Positions 12,297 through 22,440 of a DNA stretch of 64,000 nt are shown one piece after another. Numbering within the stretch: position 1 is the first letter of the stretch; each line of letters opens with the position of its first letter. The notes under the pieces were generated by a model. That model ran no database searches and was not told the origin of the DNA. It saw only the letters and a list, made by a program, of their open reading frames with translations. A program made the translations under genes and the position numbers. The stretch spans positions 1,600,001 through 1,664,000 of the forward strand of contig OZ243927.1 of NCBI GenBank assembly GCA_965213925.1, written 5' to 3'. The DNA is from Trueperaceae bacterium (GTDB taxonomy: Bacteria; Deinococcota; Deinococci; Deinococcales; Trueperaceae).

Positions 12297-12701
12297 ATGG
12301 GTGAAGGAATTCTTGTACGTCTTCTAGCCGACGCCGTCATGGTGCTGCACTTCGGCTTCATCCTCTTCGTGGGTTTAGGGGCGCTGCTGGTACTGTGGCG
12401 CAAATGGACCGCGTGGATTCACCTTCCCTGTGTGCTTTACGGCGCGGCTATCTCCTTCTACGGCTGGACCTGTCCGCTCACCCCGTTAGAACAGACCCTC
12501 CGCCGCTCAGCCGGTAGCGCGGGGTACTCAGGGAGTTTCATCGAGCACTATCTGGGCAGGCTCATCTATCCCAGCAGTTGGCACGCTATCCACCTCTATC
12601 TGGGCGCGTTCGTCCTGCTCTTTAATGCCGGTCTTTATATCTGGTTGTGGCGGCGGCAAAGAGCGGCGCTCACCTCAGGTTCTTCGCGTGCGGTTGAATA
12701 G
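12297..12701 (+). CDS. DUF2784 family membrane protein
   Basis: LADAVMVLHFGF, WTCPLTPLE, FIEHYL motifs. Confidence 0.85.
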   Translation: MGEGILVRLLADAVMVLHFGFILFVGLGALLVLWRKWTAWIHLPCVLYGAAISFYGWTCPLTPLEQTLRRSAGSAGYSGSFIEHYLGRLIYPSSWHAIHLYLGAFVLLFNAGLYIWLWRRQRAALTSGSSRAVE

Positions 12702-12716
12702 ACCCAGAAGCTATCT

Positions 12717-13055
12717 ATGATTTGGTTTTACCTCGTCCTCGGTTATCTCGTCCTTGCCGCGACGTTGAGTGCGCTAACGCGCAGCGTCCAGAAGGGCGCG
12801 AAGCGTGCTGGACTTGTGGTTTTTGGCGCAGGGCTGCTCTTCAATCTCTTAAACCCTTCCGGGCTTGACCTCCGCCTCGCGCTTACGTTCGCCGCTGGGC
12901 TCGCCTGCTTCGGCGGGTGGGCGCTCGTTGCGTCCTTGCTGAGCTACGACGACACCTTGCAGGAGCACTGGGACGCGGCGCAGGCTGAGGCGGCTCAGAA
13001 GCGGGAGGCGGAATCAGGTGAGGACGCGGGCGACGTACCGGAGCGTGGAGCTTGA
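12717..13055 (+). CDS. Hypothetical membrane protein
   Basis: Three hydrophobic segments and an acidic tail; follows DUF2784 gene closely. Confidence 0.6.
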   Translation: MIWFYLVLGYLVLAATLSALTRSVQKGAKRAGLVVFGAGLLFNLLNPSGLDLRLALTFAAGLACFGGWALVASLLSYDDTLQEHWDAAQAEAAQKREAESGEDAGDVPERGA

Positions 13056-13092
13056 GCGGCGCTCGAGGCGTACACGCCTACAGGTGCGTTCA

Positions 13093-14649
13093 CTAGAATT
13101 TCACCTCATGCGACCCTTCGGGGGGAAGCGCTAAAAACCGCTCCACCACGCTTTTCGCGCCGAGTTTCAAAAAGAAGCTGAAGGGGCTCAGCACGCGCTC
13201 TTGGGGTTTGCCAGTCGGCAAGAGGTGCGCTCTCAACCTTTCGAATTGCTTTGACACAGTGGCGTCCTGCTTACGGAGCGCGCGCGCGCTTTTGAAGCGG
13301 AGCAGCTCTACCGTCTTGCGCATATGATTTTCACCGCGCTCCACGGTTGACCTTAAGGTTGGGTCGATCGCAGAAACGTGTCCGATAAGGTCGCTCGTCA
13401 ACCTCTCCAATTCGTTCAAACTCGCCTCGAACGCTTCGCCGTGACCTCTTAATTTTAGAAGCAAGTCATCGTAGATCGTGTCGAAGTCAGTCTGCACCGC
13501 CTCGGCGGAGAGGTCGTACTTTTCCAGAATGCGCCGCGCGGGTGGCTCTAACATGGTGACCTCCATGCGCGGGTAGATGAGGGGCATCGCGACGCCGTGG
13601 GCTTCGTAGACGCCTCTTAACTGCGCGAAGTAGCGCAGCTCGCCCGGTCCGACGACGGTGGCGGCGGTGGGCAGCGCGGCGTCTTGGGTAACTGGGCGCA
13701 AGCCTGCGGCGGGGGTGAGGCGGCTCGGTTCTTCGTCTAAAACCTTTTTCAAATCATCCGAGGTGTAGAGGTTGCTTTCGGTGTAGAACTCGCGTCCGTC
13801 AAAGCGGAGTAAGCGGCGCTTACCCTCCTCTTCCAAAAAGAGGTTCGTCGCCTCTTCGCCGCGCCCGAGTTGCGGCGCGAAGCCGAGGTCGCGCAGCCTC
13901 TCGCCCGCCTCGTTGATGGCTAAAGAGGAGGCCCTAGGACGGTCTAACTCGGTCTCTACGACGGAACGAAAGAGGGGCGCAATATCGGGCTCTAAGGGAT
14001 TGATGATGACGAGCCCCTGGTCTCCTAAGAGGTTGTAGAGCATCGCGGCGAACCAGTCCGCAAAGGTCTCGGCGCGTTTAGCGGAGCGCGTCAAGAGGTC
14101 AACAGCTTCGTCCCGGTAAGCGCCGTGTGCGTTCACGCTTTGCAAAGAGGTCGTGACGCGCTCTACCCAGTCGTTCTCTAAGCCGATTCTCCCGGCGGGC
14201 ACGTCGGCGGGCAGGGGCAGCTCGAGCTTATGAAGGTCTTCGTCTAAGTCGAGCAGAAAGGCGTGGTCGATTTCGGCGCTGTCGCCGTCTTGAGACGCGA
14301 GCCAGAAAACCGGCACAACGGGCTTCTCTTCGGCGCTGAGCTTCTTCGCCAAGTTGACCGCCGTGACCGCTTTGGAGAGGGTGTAGAGCGGTCCCAAGAG
14401 GAGGCCGACCTGTTGCCCGGTCACGACGGCGCGGCTCTCGGGGTGTGCCAGAGCGTCTAAAGACGCAAAAACGGCTCCGGGCGCGCCCAGTTTCTCGGCG
14501 TAGCGAGCTAACGCTCGAGTCAAAACATCCCGAGGAATAGAACGCGGTATATTGAGAGACGCGGCGAGCTGCTGAGGCTCGAGATCGAAAAAGGACGACA
14601 GCGCACCCCGTGCGTAGCGTTTCTGAAAGGAGGACGGAGGTATAGACAC
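13093..14649 (-). CDS. bshC: Bacillithiol biosynthesis cysteine-adding enzyme
   Basis: VVTGQQVGLLLGPLYTLSKA, VPVFWLASQD, LRPVTQD, GPGELRYFAQ, PQERV. Confidence 0.93.
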   Translation of the reverse strand: MSIPPSSFQKRYARGALSSFFDLEPQQLAASLNIPRSIPRDVLTRALARYAEKLGAPGAVFASLDALAHPESRAVVTGQQVGLLLGPLYTLSKAVTAVNLAKKLSAEEKPVVPVFWLASQDGDSAEIDHAFLLDLDEDLHKLELPLPADVPAGRIGLENDWVERVTTSLQSVNAHGAYRDEAVDLLTRSAKRAETFADWFAAMLYNLLGDQGLVIINPLEPDIAPLFRSVVETELDRPRASSLAINEAGERLRDLGFAPQLGRGEEATNLFLEEEGKRRLLRFDGREFYTESNLYTSDDLKKVLDEEPSRLTPAAGLRPVTQDAALPTAATVVGPGELRYFAQLRGVYEAHGVAMPLIYPRMEVTMLEPPARRILEKYDLSAEAVQTDFDTIYDDLLLKLRGHGEAFEASLNELERLTSDLIGHVSAIDPTLRSTVERGENHMRKTVELLRFKSARALRKQDATVSKQFERLRAHLLPTGKPQERVLSPFSFFLKLGAKSVVERFLALPPEGSHEVKF

Positions 14650-14798
14650 GGTCGTAGACTACCGCGCCCCTCTGCGCGCAACCGTCAGGTGCACTGCAGC
14701 CTCGTCACCCTCACCCCACCTGTACAATTTAACTTAACATGTGTATTATGTTACATATACTTTATTTACTTATCCGGGGCAAATAGGTAACAATAGGG

Positions 14799-15554
14799 AT
14801 GATGATGACTGATCAACTCAAAACGGTCGAAGTTCTCGGTTACCGCGTGGCCAACTGTACCTTAGCGGAGGCGGCGCAGTGGAGCGTGACCCACTGCCTC
14901 GGCTCACAACTGAGTGCGGTCTCGTCCAGACTTCTCGTCACGCTCAATCCGGAAATCGTGGTGCAAGCGAAAGCCCGCCCGGACCTAGCCGGAGCGCTTC
15001 GCAACGCCGACTTGACCGTAGCGGACGGCGTCGGCATCACTTGGGCGGCGCAGCGAGCCGGCATGAGGCTGCCCGAGCGCGTGCCGGGCATCGAACTGAT
15101 GGAGGAGATTCTAGCGCTAGGCGGCGCGTCGCTGCGCACTTACTTTCTGGGTGCCAAGCCGGGCGTCGCGCTCAAAGCCTCCAAGGTCGCCTACGAGCGC
15201 TACGGCACGACGGTCGTGGGCGTGCAGCACGGCTATTTCAAACGCCCCGACGAGGTCGAGCGGATCATCGAGCAGATCGCCGAGAGCGGGGCGCACCTCC
15301 TGCTCGCGGGTCTAGGCGAGGGGCAAGAACTCTTTTTGGACACGCACCGCAAGGCGCTCGGCGTGCCGCTCATGATCGGGGTCGGCGGCGCGCTCGACGT
15401 GCTCTCGGGCGAGGTCAAGCGCACGCCCGTGTGGACGCGGCGGCTGCGGCTCGAGTGGGCGTACCGGGTCGGCTCAGACCGCACGCGGTGGCACCGCTTG
15501 CCGAGGCTTGCCCAGTTCATACGGCTCGTGCGGGAGCGGTCGTCAAGTCATTAG
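14799..15554 (+). CDS. WecB/TagA/CpsF family glycosyltransferase
   Basis: TLNPE, ADGVG, RVPGIEL, HGYF, GVGGALD, LEWAYR. Confidence 0.92.
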   Translation: MMMTDQLKTVEVLGYRVANCTLAEAAQWSVTHCLGSQLSAVSSRLLVTLNPEIVVQAKARPDLAGALRNADLTVADGVGITWAAQRAGMRLPERVPGIELMEEILALGGASLRTYFLGAKPGVALKASKVAYERYGTTVVGVQHGYFKRPDEVERIIEQIAESGAHLLLAGLGEGQELFLDTHRKALGVPLMIGVGGALDVLSGEVKRTPVWTRRLRLEWAYRVGSDRTRWHRLPRLAQFIRLVRERSSSH

Positions 15555-15779
15555 ATCGCGTTGACGGTTTACACCGTTTCCGGTATCGAGCCGTTCCACT
15601 AGGCTTTGCCTGAGAGCGAAATTTTATCCCTGAAAGCGCGTGCTGAGTGACATTTTCGCAAGTGAGGGTGGTGCAAACCAGGTGGTACCTGCTCATTAGT
15701 GCGGATAGTCGCCTGTGACGTTGTCGCAAGGGCTGGCGACGCTCTTGGCTATAATGACCGGGGGGTATAGGAGTTATTC

Positions 15780-16775
15780 ATGAACAACTCGGACTTTCAA
15801 GGCCCGCTTTTCATCGTCGGCTGCGGTCGTAGTGGCACGAAACTGCTCAGAAATCTACTCAATAATCATCCGCAGATAGGGATTTTGGGCTTCGAGACTA
15901 ACTTCATTCCGTTTTTCGTCAAACGCTTTGGCAAAACCCCCGACTTCTCGGACGAAGCGACGCTAAGAGCCGTCTATGACGCGCTCACGCAGACCGCTTG
16001 CTATCAGTCTCGCCAGGCTGAAGGCGTCACGATGTCTTATGAACAGCTTAAAGCCCGTCTCGAGGGGGTCGACACCGAGCTTGCCTGGCATCACGTCATC
16101 GAAGGTATCGTCAAATTCTACTTGAACGCGCCTTCCGTTTCTATCTGGGGCGACAAATCGCCCGACTACACCGTTCATATCTCGCTGCTTAAAGAGGTCT
16201 TTCCGCGAGCACGCTTTATCCATATCATTCGCGACCCTAGAGACCGCAGCCTCTCGGCACGCAAGACCTGGGGTAAAAGCGTCTTGCGCTCGGCGCACGG
16301 CTGGTCTAAGGTGATGGAGCTTATGGAGAAGGCAAACGTGCGCGCCGACCCTAACTACTTAGAGGTTTTCTACGAACAGCTTATCGGAGAACCGGAAAAG
16401 GTCATGCGGGGTATCTGCGACTTTTTGGATGTTCCTTTTCACGAAGATGTGCTCGTTGTAGACCAGCCCGCCGAGGCCGTGGGCAAAACGAAAAGGCTCA
16501 CCGAGTTCGTTACGAGCAACAAGGCTAAGTACCGAAAGGAACTCTCGCCCTTTGAGATTCGCAGAGCGAGCGAGATTACCTACCCTTACCTCGAGGCGTT
16601 TGGTTACCCCTTAGAGGACGCAAAGTCGCACCGCGAACTTAGTCCGCTCTTTTTGAACGTTCTCAAGGTGACTGACGGGCTCTCGACACTCCGCATCCAC
16701 ATGCAGAAAAAGGGCTTCGCCCAAGGGTTGCGCTATTACGTCAAGCGAAACCGCGAGAAAATGAGGTCATTCTGA
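15780..16775 (+). CDS. Sulfotransferase family protein
   Basis: PAPS-binding FIVGCGRSGTKLL, WGDKSP, IHIIRDPRD, YEQL. Confidence 0.92.
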   Translation: MNNSDFQGPLFIVGCGRSGTKLLRNLLNNHPQIGILGFETNFIPFFVKRFGKTPDFSDEATLRAVYDALTQTACYQSRQAEGVTMSYEQLKARLEGVDTELAWHHVIEGIVKFYLNAPSVSIWGDKSPDYTVHISLLKEVFPRARFIHIIRDPRDRSLSARKTWGKSVLRSAHGWSKVMELMEKANVRADPNYLEVFYEQLIGEPEKVMRGICDFLDVPFHEDVLVVDQPAEAVGKTKRLTEFVTSNKAKYRKELSPFEIRRASEITYPYLEAFGYPLEDAKSHRELSPLFLNVLKVTDGLSTLRIHMQKKGFAQGLRYYVKRNREKMRSF

Positions 16776-17327
16776 ACGGAGCGAAGTGGCGTGAAAGCGT
16801 CTTCCATTCCCAACTAGCCGAGATTGCAAGCAGAGTTTTGGCATCGCCAAACGAGACCCTTACGCCATTATTGTTCTCACTTCGTTCGGACCCGCCAGAC
16901 TACGTCCTACTGCGTGAATAGGGTGACATCAGTAAGAGAGTATCGATACTTAATTAACGGTGTACTTAGTACACTGTTAGCTAAAATAACGAGTGATGTC
17001 ATTCTGAGCGGAACGCAGTGGAGCGTAAGAATCTCTGACCTTGCTGACTCCTCTGACAGAGATTGCGAGTTACAAAGTTTTGGCTATTGCCAAACGAGAC
17101 CCTCACGCCTTCGCCGAAGCTTCGCTCTACTTCGTGAACAGGGTGACAACAACGTCGCAGAATTTACTTAACAGAGTACTCAGTACACTGTCAGCTAAAA
17201 AATGACTCATGTCATTCTGAGCGTAGCGAAAGAATCTCGTCTCGCAATCTCAACTCGTTGAGATTGCGAGACGAGGCCCCTCGACTGGGCTCGGGGTGAC
17301 ATCAGTGAGAAGGCGTTAATACTTAAC
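16766..17327 (+). repeat. Three tandem copies of a MITE-like palindromic element (family 1)
   Basis: Each unit has a core GTCATTCTGA...GGGTGACA; junctions read GTGTAC-TTA-GTACAC and GAGTAC-TCA-GTACAC. Confidence 0.8.
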
Positions 17328-17433
17328 CTTTGCGAGCGTCGCTGCTGTGACTATGCGCACGGGACATTCTTTTAATCGCATTCTATAATATGACCATTCT
17401 AAAGCTATTGCAGTGTTTGCATAGCAGTTCCAC

Positions 17434-17598
17434 AATATACTGAGACAGATTACCGCAGGTCTCTGTCCGTAGGACTAGCGGGATTTCATCTCCGAAAGTG
17501 CGTGTTACGTTTCTGAAAGCTGCTCCGCGTGAGCGAGCAGTCTGAAAGCCCGTAGGGACGCAAGTTTGCTGCCTAGCAACAGTAACTCGTAGAGTGAG
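17434..17598 (+). repeat. Dispersed repeat family 2, copy with an internal insertion
   Basis: Aligns to the reverse complement of 44776-44894 (TAGCGGGATTTCATCTCCGAA; ACGCAAGTTTGCTGCCTAGCAACAGTA). Confidence 0.75.
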
Positions 17599-17645
17599 AG
17601 TGTTTCAAACTAGATGATACCTGCTACCAGTAGGAAGGACGTACG

Positions 17646-19361
17646 ATGTCGAAAGCGGTACTGGTCTGCCCGAGAAATGCGGATGACGTCTCCTGGACGG
17701 GGCTACGTGAGCGCCTAACGTGCCTGAGTGAGCGGCTACTCCCAGATAATATCGAGGCTCAGCAGCCTCTCTACCTCGAGCATGAGGGCGTCAGCGCCGC
17801 TGTCTATAACCCCAATGGAACGGTATTGGCGCAGCGAGCAAGCCTGATGCTGGGTCAAATGCTCGGCTCTTCGCCGGACTGGTGGTGCCCTGGGGCGAGC
17901 GTGCCCGAGGGCACCTTCGCCCTTTTCCGCAGCGACGCAGAGGGTGTCGAGATCGTAAGCGACACGCTCGCCTCGCGCACGATCTGGTACGTGCAGACGG
18001 ATACGGTCTTCATCGCGGCGACCTCACAGCGTGCCATCGTCGCGCTACTCGGCAGCTTCGAGCCTGACGAGAACGCCCCGCTTTGGATGCTTTCGGCGGG
18101 TCATCTAGGCCCTAACAACGTCTGGGACCGGCGACTCAAATGCCTTCAGGGGGACGCGCGCCTCCGGCTCGACCGGGCTGCGTGGCGTCTCAGCGTCGCG
18201 CAGACCCCCGCGGTGTTTCAACCCGAAAGTCTCAGCTTGGAGGAGCACAAGCGGCGGCTGAAGGAGACCTTAGAGGACGTATTAGGGAGCCTCGACCTCG
18301 ACTACAGCAAATGGGCGCTACCCCTTTCCGGGGGTTACGACAGCCGAGCTATCTTGATGGGCTTGGGGAAACGCGAGGGGCTCCAGACGCTTACGTGGGG
18401 CGGGGAGAGCGCACTAAAGGATAAACAGGGCGACGCTTACGTCGCTAAGGCGCTGGCTGCGCACTTTGGCGTCCAACACCACTACTTCGAAACGGATTCT
18501 TCGGACGAGCCTACCGAGGTCATCTTCCGCCGCTTCGTCGTCGCGGGCGAGGGCAGAATCGACCATATTCACGGCTACGCCGACGGCTTCGAGACCTGGA
18601 GACGCCTGTTCGAGGGGGGAACCGAAGGGGTTGTTCGGGGTGACGAGGGGTTCGGTTGGAGGCGAGCCGGTGCAGCGCGTGATGTCCCGCGTTCGGTGGG
18701 ACTTTTTCTCGTAGACGACTTTCAGAACCTGGGGACGCACTTGCCTACGCAGTCTCTTCCAGAGAGGCTCCATCAGCGTCCGGGGGAGAGTCTAGCGCTC
18801 TGGCGCGACCGCCTCTATCACGAATTCAGAGTTCCCTCCGTGCTCGCCGCGCTGAGTGACCTCACCTGTCCGTATGTTGAACTCTTCAACCCTCTTATCG
18901 TCGGTAGGCTGGTGAAGCTGGTGCGGACTTTGCCCGACGAGTTAAGGACTGACAAGCAACTCTTCAAAGACGTCGTCTCCGAGGAGGGACCCGACATCGC
19001 TTTCGCAACGCGCGCGGCGACGCGTGCTGGTGGCGACCTGCTTAAAGACGCGCAAGTCGTCGCGTATCTGCGCGACGTGCTCGAGTCGCGCCAAGTCGCA
19101 GACCTTTTTCCTGCGCCCTTCGTCGGCTACGTCGCTGAGAATTTAAGCGTCGCCGCCTCTAAGGGTAGAGATTCGGCGTTCAGTCGGCGGCGACTTCTGC
19201 AGGCGCTTAAACGCCGCCTCCCAGAAAGGGCACAGCGCCTCGGTAAGCGTGCGCTGCAACAGCCCACCATGCCGCCCAACCGAAGTGCCTTCCGAATCTA
19301 CCTCGTCGCCGAGATGCATGAGACGCTCACCTCCGACGCAGCCTTTTTAGGCGTGACGTGA
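17646..19361 (+). CDS. Asparagine synthetase-related protein (PP-loop ATP pyrophosphatase)
   Basis: LPLSGGYDSR PP-loop, RGDEGFG, GATase-like N-domain (SDTLASRTIWY) lacking the N-terminal Cys. Confidence 0.8.
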   Translation: MSKAVLVCPRNADDVSWTGLRERLTCLSERLLPDNIEAQQPLYLEHEGVSAAVYNPNGTVLAQRASLMLGQMLGSSPDWWCPGASVPEGTFALFRSDAEGVEIVSDTLASRTIWYVQTDTVFIAATSQRAIVALLGSFEPDENAPLWMLSAGHLGPNNVWDRRLKCLQGDARLRLDRAAWRLSVAQTPAVFQPESLSLEEHKRRLKETLEDVLGSLDLDYSKWALPLSGGYDSRAILMGLGKREGLQTLTWGGESALKDKQGDAYVAKALAAHFGVQHHYFETDSSDEPTEVIFRRFVVAGEGRIDHIHGYADGFETWRRLFEGGTEGVVRGDEGFGWRRAGAARDVPRSVGLFLVDDFQNLGTHLPTQSLPERLHQRPGESLALWRDRLYHEFRVPSVLAALSDLTCPYVELFNPLIVGRLVKLVRTLPDELRTDKQLFKDVVSEEGPDIAFATRAATRAGGDLLKDAQVVAYLRDVLESRQVADLFPAPFVGYVAENLSVAASKGRDSAFSRRRLLQALKRRLPERAQRLGKRALQQPTMPPNRSAFRIYLVAEMHETLTSDAAFLGVT

Positions 19362-19389
19362 GCGTGTCGGCAGAACCTAGCCCCCTTTA

Positions 19390-19569
19390 GTACATTGTCA
19401 ACTAAAGAATGAGTGATGTCATTCTGAGCGGAGCGAAGCGGAGTCGAAGAATCTCGTCTTCCAATCTCGACTAGCTGGGATTGGAAGACGAGACCCCTCG
19501 ACAACCAAGCTTCGCCGTACTTCGTGAACAGGGTGACAACAGTGATGCAGAACTTAGTTGTCAGTGTAG
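19390..19569 (+). repeat. MITE-like element, family 1 copy
   Basis: Termini GTACATTGTCAACTAA / TTAGTTGTCAGTGTAG with core TGTCATTCTGAGCGGAGCGAAGCGGAGTCGAAGAATCTC...GGGTGACA. Confidence 0.8.
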
Positions 19570-19784
19570 TGAGCCTACCGGCAGAATATAGCTCCCCTTA
19601 GACCGATCCGCCGTGATTTCTGCAACGTGTTTCTGTGATGTATCTCTGCGGCTACGCGCACGCGCCTGCTAAGATACTTAGCGGTACCTGAAAGGTACTT
19701 AGGTAAGGAGCAGCGTGTCAACACAACCACAGATAGAATCACGTCGGCGCGAAGATAAGCAGATGAAACCAACGAGGCTAGCGC

Positions 19785-21110
19785 ATGGCTTCTAGTTCTG
19801 CTCCCGCCAAGAGGAGCTTCATCCGCGACACGATAAGCGTCATGAAAAGCCGCGTGTTCATGCTCGCGCTGTCTTTTATTACAGGGGTCGCCCTCGCGCG
19901 GTTTTTGGGTCCGGAAGGCAAGGGCATCTACGCGGCGATCCTCGTTTTTCCCTCGCTTATTCTCAGCCTGGCCGACCTGGGCATCCGGCAGGCGACGATC
20001 TTTCAGCTCGGTAAGAAGAAATACTCAGAAGAGGACGTGGTCTCAGTCACGATGTTCTTTTTAGTCGTCTCGAGCTTGCTGAGCCTGGTGGTCGGGGCGG
20101 GCGTGTACTACGTCGTCGACAACCCCAACTTCACCTTGCCGCTTATCTTACTCGCGCTCTCGAGCATCCCGACGAGCCTCATCAACTCGTACACCAAAGG
20201 TATCTTTCTGGGCAAAGAGCAGGTGCAGCGTTTCTCGTTCACGAGTTGGCTCACCGCGTTCGTCAGGCTCGTGGGGATTCTCCTGCTCGTCGGCGTGGCG
20301 GGCTTTTACGTTACGGGAGCGCTCGTCGCGGGGCTTCTGGCGAGCGTTTCTTTGGCGCTCTACTCGCTCTGGCTCGTCTCGAGGCACACCTCGCTCAAGG
20401 TCGGGTTCGAGCCCAAACTGGCGCGCGAGATGCTGGGGCTGGGCGTCGTCTACGCCGCCGCGCTGTTTGTGCTCGGGCTCAACTACAAAATCGATATCGT
20501 CATCTTGCAGCAGCTCAGCTCCGCCGCCGAGGTCGGGCAGTACGCCCAGGGCGTCAACCTGGCTGAACTGCTATGGCAACTGCCGGCTGCGCTCAGCGTC
20601 GTGCTCTTCTCGAAAGGGGCCAACGCGAAAGACTCGCAGGCCTTTTCGCGCAACGTGACCAAGCTCATGCGCGTGACGCTCGTCGCCGCTTCGCTGGGCA
20701 GCGTGGCGCTCTTTTTCATCGTCGACTACTTTATCCCGTTCGTCTACGGTCAGGCGTTCGCCCCGAGCGTGCTCGTGACGCGGCTGCTCTTGCCGGGCGT
20801 CGTCGCGTTCACCATCTACAAGGTGCTCAACATGGATTTAGCGGGCAAGGGACGCCCCTGGCTCTCGCTCTACGTCGCGACGCCCGCCGTGCTTTTCAAT
20901 GTCGTTCTCAACGTGCTGCTGATTCCACGTTTCGGCGCGAACGGTGCGGCGCTCGCCTCGACCATAAGCTACAGCGCGGCCGTTCTCGCCTTTCTCGTCG
21001 TCTATTCGAGGGCCGTCCACATTCCGCTCCGGGACATCTTGCGGTACCGCCGGAGCGACTTCGACTTTTTAGATAAGCTCGCGGCGAAGGCTAAAGCGTC
21101 TAGGGGCTAG
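19785..21110 (+). CDS. Polysaccharide flippase (Wzx/MOP family)
   Basis: About 12 TM segments; LARFLGPEGKG, LNYKID, EVGQY, LIPRFGANGAALASTISY. Confidence 0.9.
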   Translation: MASSSAPAKRSFIRDTISVMKSRVFMLALSFITGVALARFLGPEGKGIYAAILVFPSLILSLADLGIRQATIFQLGKKKYSEEDVVSVTMFFLVVSSLLSLVVGAGVYYVVDNPNFTLPLILLALSSIPTSLINSYTKGIFLGKEQVQRFSFTSWLTAFVRLVGILLLVGVAGFYVTGALVAGLLASVSLALYSLWLVSRHTSLKVGFEPKLAREMLGLGVVYAAALFVLGLNYKIDIVILQQLSSAAEVGQYAQGVNLAELLWQLPAALSVVLFSKGANAKDSQAFSRNVTKLMRVTLVAASLGSVALFFIVDYFIPFVYGQAFAPSVLVTRLLLPGVVAFTIYKVLNMDLAGKGRPWLSLYVATPAVLFNVVLNVLLIPRFGANGAALASTISYSAAVLAFLVVYSRAVHIPLRDILRYRRSDFDFLDKLAAKAKASRG

Positions 21111-21130
21111 CGCGCGCTTAGGAGAAACAC

Positions 21131-22393
21131 ATGAAGATTTTGTTCGTCGACATGCACGCCGGCATAGCGGGTCACACGCGCACCGCAACGACCCTCGCTC
21201 AAGCCTTGCAAAGGCGCGGACACGAGGTCTCTTTTGCAGTAGCAAAGGACTCGAGAACCGACGTTATCGAAGCCGCCCAATTGCCTATTCACCGCGTTCC
21301 TATGCGTTGGGCGGGGCGCTATCCCGACTTAGAAAAGCTCATCGGCAGCCTGTATGAGCGCGGTGAGGTCGACGTCGTTCACTCGTTCAACTCAAGAGGT
21401 CTGCCCGAAGCAGCTAAGGCCGCTAAGGCGCTAGGCGTTCCTGTTTTTCAGACTATCTGCGGAGGTAGGGCGCGGCACGACGTCTTGGAGACAAAGCCTA
21501 TTATCTCGCTCAGCCACGAAGTCAAAAAGACGCTTCTCAAAAGGATGCCTTTACGCGATGAAGATATTCACGTGATTCCGGCTCGCCTCGACTTTGCGGC
21601 GATGCTGCGCGCTGCAAAGAGCAAGGATACAGAGGCAACCCACAGGCGCTTTCGCGAAAAATATGCGCTGCCGCCGACTTCAAAGGTTGTCTTGCGCATC
21701 GCCCGCGTCAACCAGAAATACAAGGGCAGTTTGCTGCAGGGCGCGGACGCGGTCGCCCGGCTCCGCGAGGAGGGCTTCGACGTCCGCTTCGTCCACATCG
21801 GCTTCGCGACGCCCGAGAATGCGGCGGACTTGGAGGAGGTCAGGGCGCATTTTGACGAACTCAACCGCGCCGCGGGCGAAGTCGTGGCGGTGAGCGCGCA
21901 AGACGAAGCGCCGCACGCGCCCGACTACTCGGAGCTGGCGGACATCGTCATCGGTTTAGGTCGCACCGCTTTTGAAGGAATGCTTTTTGAGAAACCTGTT
22001 CTCTTGGTCGGCTCGAGAGGCTTTGCGGGCTTGGTCGGACGCGACGACACCGAGCAACTTGCGTTTTACAATTTCTCAGGTCGGAACCTCTCTAGCGCTA
22101 AACCGTACGAGCAGAGCGTGACGGAGCTGACGGCTACGCTGCGCGAGTTGCTCCGAGACGAAGCGCTGCGCGCGCGCGTGGGCGAGTTCGGTCGGCGCTA
22201 CGTGTTAGAAAACCTCGACGCGAACGCCGCCGCGCGGCGCTACGAGGTGCTCTACACCTCCTTCTCGAGCGCCAACTACCCGTCGGACGCGCAGCTCGCC
22301 AAGTTCCTCAACCTCACGCCGAGGCGTGTCCTAAGGACGCTGCTGCCCGAACCACTCCACCGGTATTATCGGCGGCTTCGTCACGCGCGGTGA
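21131..22393 (+). CDS. GT-B fold glycosyltransferase, GT4-like
   Basis: N-terminal GIAGH, LAQALQRRGHEV, DVVHSF, GRTAFEGMLFEKPVL. Confidence 0.85.
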   Translation: MKILFVDMHAGIAGHTRTATTLAQALQRRGHEVSFAVAKDSRTDVIEAAQLPIHRVPMRWAGRYPDLEKLIGSLYERGEVDVVHSFNSRGLPEAAKAAKALGVPVFQTICGGRARHDVLETKPIISLSHEVKKTLLKRMPLRDEDIHVIPARLDFAAMLRAAKSKDTEATHRRFREKYALPPTSKVVLRIARVNQKYKGSLLQGADAVARLREEGFDVRFVHIGFATPENAADLEEVRAHFDELNRAAGEVVAVSAQDEAPHAPDYSELADIVIGLGRTAFEGMLFEKPVLLVGSRGFAGLVGRDDTEQLAFYNFSGRNLSSAKPYEQSVTELTATLRELLRDEALRARVGEFGRRYVLENLDANAAARRYEVLYTSFSSANYPSDAQLAKFLNLTPRRVLRTLLPEPLHRYYRRLRHAR

Positions 22394-22440
22394 GTTCTCT
22401 CGAGCCAACCCTGACGCCGCTCACCGCACCAGTTACGGTC

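Noticed and set aside
16824..17171. 115-aa ORF
   Set aside because: Lies entirely within repeat DNA
16766..17327. Possible CRISPR array
   Set aside because: Units are about 150-215 nt, internally homologous, lack unique spacers, recur elsewhere in the window, and no cas genes are present
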